Origin: a bacterium
GTDB lineage: Bacteria; Patescibacteriota; Dojkabacteria; GCA-016699595; JBAXKR01
DNA: 64,000 nucleotides
Assembly: GCA_037131125.1 (NCBI GenBank)
Contig: JBAXRR010000001.1
Span: 7,345-71,344 of the forward strand
Direction: 5' to 3'
Of the stretch, positions 61,239-64,000 are shown piece by piece. Under the pieces are notes generated by a model. The model was not told where the DNA came from. It worked only from the letters and a program-made list of their open reading frames with translations, and made no database searches. The first letter of the stretch is position 1, and every line of letters starts with the position of its first letter. Position numbers and translations under genes: made by a program.

Positions 61239-62951
61239 TTACATTTGTTTTCCTAATGTAATTACTTCTCCTCCAACATTTTTAGCAAAGTAACTATCAT
61301 GGGAGACATATATTACAGCACCTTTATACTCGGCTAACATATTCTCAAGTTCTTCAATTGAAGGAAGATCAAGATGGTTAGTTGGTTCATCTAGGATAAT
61401 GAGATTTGGATTGTTTATCATCATTTTTATGAATTGAATTCTACTTTTTTGTCCTCCTGACAGATTAATATATTTGGTATCCCCATCTATTATTGGATCA
61501 AAAAGATAATTTGAAAGTACTACATTTACTTTCTGTTTGTTTATTGGAATCCTTGCATCTGTGTACAGTTTGAAGATAACATCAGATAGTGTAAGGGAGA
61601 ATATATCTAGCTTATCATCAGGATGGGATTTCAATTCTTGTTCATAAACACCTATTCTAATATTTTTATCAAATTCAACTATTCCATCAAAGTACTTTAT
61701 GCCTGTATTCTCATGAACTAAATCAACTATTCCTAATTTATGAAGATTAATGACGAAGTTTAGAAATGTCGTTTTACCTTGCCCATTTCTTCCTCTGATT
61801 TGAAGTTTCTTTCCACCATCAAGTCTTACATTTAATCCTTTGAATAAAGGATCTGAGTATCCAATAGATAGATTTTTTATCTTGATAAGATCATATATAT
61901 TAATATCTGTTCTTCTATCCATTTCAAAGAGTCGGAATCTAATTTCACGAGATTTAAACTCTGCATACTTCTCTTTCATTTTCTTATCTAAGTTTCCAAC
62001 ACTTTCTTTATCTATCCAAAATTCTGGATCATTAAGATTAGCTCTTGCATCGTCATAGAGTTTCTTGTATTTCATCTCCCTTATCTTTGCAGATGTTCTA
62101 GATCCGTCTGAGTGAGCAGATAGCTTCATTTCTTTAGCAACTATCATCTGTTTTCTATATTGCTCTATTTGTTTCAAATCTACTTCATGCTCATGTACTT
62201 CAGATACGATATTTACAGAATTAATCTTAAGATATTTTTCATAGTTTCCCTTGAAGTCTTTAATTTCATCTGAAGTAAGCTCTAGTATTCTATCTACTTC
62301 ATGCAGAACATCTCTATCATGGGATATGATGAATAAGGCTTTTTTATAATCTCTCATCCAATTTAGAAAATTGGCTTTTGCATAAATGTCTAAGTGATTA
62401 GTTGGTTCGTCAAGTATCGCTAAATCTGCTTTTGCATATTCGACTCTTAATAGTTCTACAAATCTTTTTTGTCCTCCTGAAAGTTTTGATATTGGAGATA
62501 ACATCTGATCAATAGTCATTCCAAGCTTATGGAATTTAATACCTATATCATCGGCCATTTCAGAATATGACAAACTATGCCATTCGTTTATAGAATCTGA
62601 ATATATTTGTATTTCATTAAGATCATGAGTTGGATTAGCTTCATATCCTTTTATCTTTCCTTCCAGTTCCCTATACATAGGAACAGAGTCGAGAATATAG
62701 TCTAATGGTGTTAAACTTTCATTTCCAATGAACTCTTGTTTGGTAACAATAACCTTAATACCCTTTCGAATGTTTAGTTCTCCAACATATTCTTTATCTT
62801 TTCCTTCAATAATTCCTGCTAAAGTAGTTTTACCTATTCCATTTCTACCTATTAAAGCACATTTTTCAAACTCTTCAAGTTGAAAAGAGACGTTTTCAAA
62901 TAGCTTTTTTACCCCTATTTCTTTTTTTATATTCGATAACTGAACTAGCAT
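61239..62951 (-). CDS. ABC-F family ATPase
   Basis: Two NBDs (GRNGIGKT, GRNGQGKT; LSGGQ twice; LDEPTNHLD twice), no TM segments. Confidence 0.9.
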   Translation of the reverse strand: MLVQLSNIKKEIGVKKLFENVSFQLEEFEKCALIGRNGIGKTTLAGIIEGKDKEYVGELNIRKGIKVIVTKQEFIGNESLTPLDYILDSVPMYRELEGKIKGYEANPTHDLNEIQIYSDSINEWHSLSYSEMADDIGIKFHKLGMTIDQMLSPISKLSGGQKRFVELLRVEYAKADLAILDEPTNHLDIYAKANFLNWMRDYKKALFIISHDRDVLHEVDRILELTSDEIKDFKGNYEKYLKINSVNIVSEVHEHEVDLKQIEQYRKQMIVAKEMKLSAHSDGSRTSAKIREMKYKKLYDDARANLNDPEFWIDKESVGNLDKKMKEKYAEFKSREIRFRLFEMDRRTDINIYDLIKIKNLSIGYSDPLFKGLNVRLDGGKKLQIRGRNGQGKTTFLNFVINLHKLGIVDLVHENTGIKYFDGIVEFDKNIRIGVYEQELKSHPDDKLDIFSLTLSDVIFKLYTDARIPINKQKVNVVLSNYLFDPIIDGDTKYINLSGGQKSRIQFIKMMINNPNLIILDEPTNHLDLPSIEELENMLAEYKGAVIYVSHDSYFAKNVGGEVITLGKQM

Positions 62952-63041
62952 ATATCAATATAGATATGGGAAATTAAGTAGCAGGATATATATTACCATA
63001 TATATGGCTAATACTTCATAGAGGAAATAGCTAAATAAGAC

Positions 63042-63383
63042 TTATAATGAGAATTGTACTGCTGATTCTTGTCTAATAGGACAACCAGTTAATATTCGTT
63101 CTACTGGAGTGCCTTCAAGCTTACATCGTTTGCACATCCAAGTTACAAATAAATATGAAGTTTCTTTCCCAAAAACTTCAGTGTATTCGAGTAAAGTAGC
63201 AGATACTTCTTTAATAACAGGACATTGGCAATAAGCAGTTTGTATATCATCAACAAATGGTGAAACTTCAAAGCAAGTTAATGAATCTCCTTCTGGATGA
63301 ATTGCAGTTACTTTTCCGAAATCTTTTTCCAGTTTTGCAACTTTTATTCTTGTACCGTCAAATTCACTAACAAAACTTTCCAT
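63042..63383 (-). CDS. Hypothetical Cys-rich protein
   Basis: CQCP, CKRC and GCP motifs in 113 aa. Confidence 0.5.
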   Translation of the reverse strand: MESFVSEFDGTRIKVAKLEKDFGKVTAIHPEGDSLTCFEVSPFVDDIQTAYCQCPVIKEVSATLLEYTEVFGKETSYLFVTWMCKRCKLEGTPVERILTGCPIRQESAVQFSL

Positions 63384-63447
63384 AATGGGAAGGTAAAATA
63401 TTAATGCCCCAGATTATATTCTTATCCTTAAATTATGCAAAAAATAA

Positions 63448-64000
63448 TTAGAATCCGAAGATGTTTCTTAAGTTTTTAACTATTAAATCGAGAGCGTTAT
63501 CGTTAGGATTTGGAGTAATGGATACCTGATCTACTGATTTATCTTCATTACCTGCTTTATCTGAAGATATAGCTCTTAAGTGGTAGATCTGACTTGCACT
63601 TAAGTTAGAGATTATTACAACATGATCAGTCTTAAGATTATTGTCTTCTGGTGTTTTGTAATTGTATACATCTCCAGTATTCTCTCCATACTCTACTCTT
63701 GAAGAAGCTGGTTCATCTGTTTTCCAACTAACTATTATTTGTGTAGTCTTTTTTCCACTTACAGTATCTGTTACATCAGAAGGAGAAGCTTCCACAGATA
63801 CTTCAGATATGGAAGGTGCTCTTGTATCTGTTGCTGTTGTGAATTTGATTATGTCTGATCTTGCTTCGTTACCTATTCTATCTACTCCTTTTACTACTAG
63901 GTTATATGTAGTATCTGGAAGTAATCCAGTTAGAGTTATCTTGTGTGCTCCTTTTTCAAGATTAATATTTACTGAATCTCTACTTAAGTTAATCTTATTC
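63448..64000 (-). CDS. 3' end of a third giant surface protein paralog, 5' part outside window
   Basis: Frame open to window edge: SRDSVNINL...GNEARSDIIKFTTATDTRAP...VSWKTDEPA...ALDLIVKNLRNIFGF. Confidence 0.85.
   Translation of the reverse strand, partial: NKINLSRDSVNINLEKGAHKITLTGLLPDTTYNLVVKGVDRIGNEARSDIIKFTTATDTRAPSISEVSVEASPSDVTDTVSGKKTTQIIVSWKTDEPASSRVEYGENTGDVYNYKTPEDNNLKTDHVVIISNLSASQIYHLRAISSDKAGNEDKSVDQVSITPNPNDNALDLIVKNLRNIFGF

Noticed and set aside
298-62058. Many short ORFs in the track antisense to or overlapping real genes (e.g. 298..609, 10604..12271, 23370..25776, 42214..59608)
   Set aside because: Shadow ORFs of well-supported genes; Ser/Ile/Phe-rich translations without motifs
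61239-62951. ATPase partner of the neighbouring MacB-like permease
   Set aside because: Tandem-NBD ABC-F architecture, normally ribosome-associated rather than transport
42006-64000. Diversity-generating retroelement acting on the giant proteins
   Set aside because: No reverse transcriptase; paralog differences are general divergence, not an adenine-specific TR/VR pair
1-64000. CRISPR array, rRNA, IS elements, alternative genetic code
   Set aside because: No regularly spaced repeats, rRNA-like tracts or transposases seen; conserved genes are intact in the standard code

Overview
AT-rich (roughly one-third GC by eye) bacterial chromosome segment in the standard code. The gene repertoire, short ATP synthase delta subunit, ThrRS without a TGS domain, scarce Shine-Dalgarno sites, type IV pilin and giant Ser/Thr-rich surface proteins suggest a Patescibacteria/CPR organism, possibly Dojkabacteria; this taxonomy is an inference. 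Housekeeping content: atpBEFH, asnB, clpC, topA, class A PBP, thrS-infC-rpmI-rplT-pheS-pheT, tRNA-Val(GAC), clpP, rarA, a DHH phosphoesterase, mutL, a GGDEF protein, murB and an ABC-F. The last third holds two complete giant paralogous surface proteins (2745 and 2898 aa), the 3' end of a third, and a MacB-like permease. Best unannotated signals: (1) a 31-aa leader peptide with 7 consecutive Thr codons, its own sigma70 promoter and a structured RNA directly upstream of thrS, i.e. a probable ribosome-mediated attenuator; (2) giant proteins with a conserved scaffold, unrelated cassettes nested at the same site, a shared C-terminal motif and a shared promoter motif; (3) CIRCE operators on both clpC and clpP; (4) infC with a non-AUG start and an Arg/Gly/Pro/Phe-rich extension; (5) an asnB + CofE-like ligase pair. 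No CRISPR array, rRNA, transposase, integrase or reverse transcriptase was seen.
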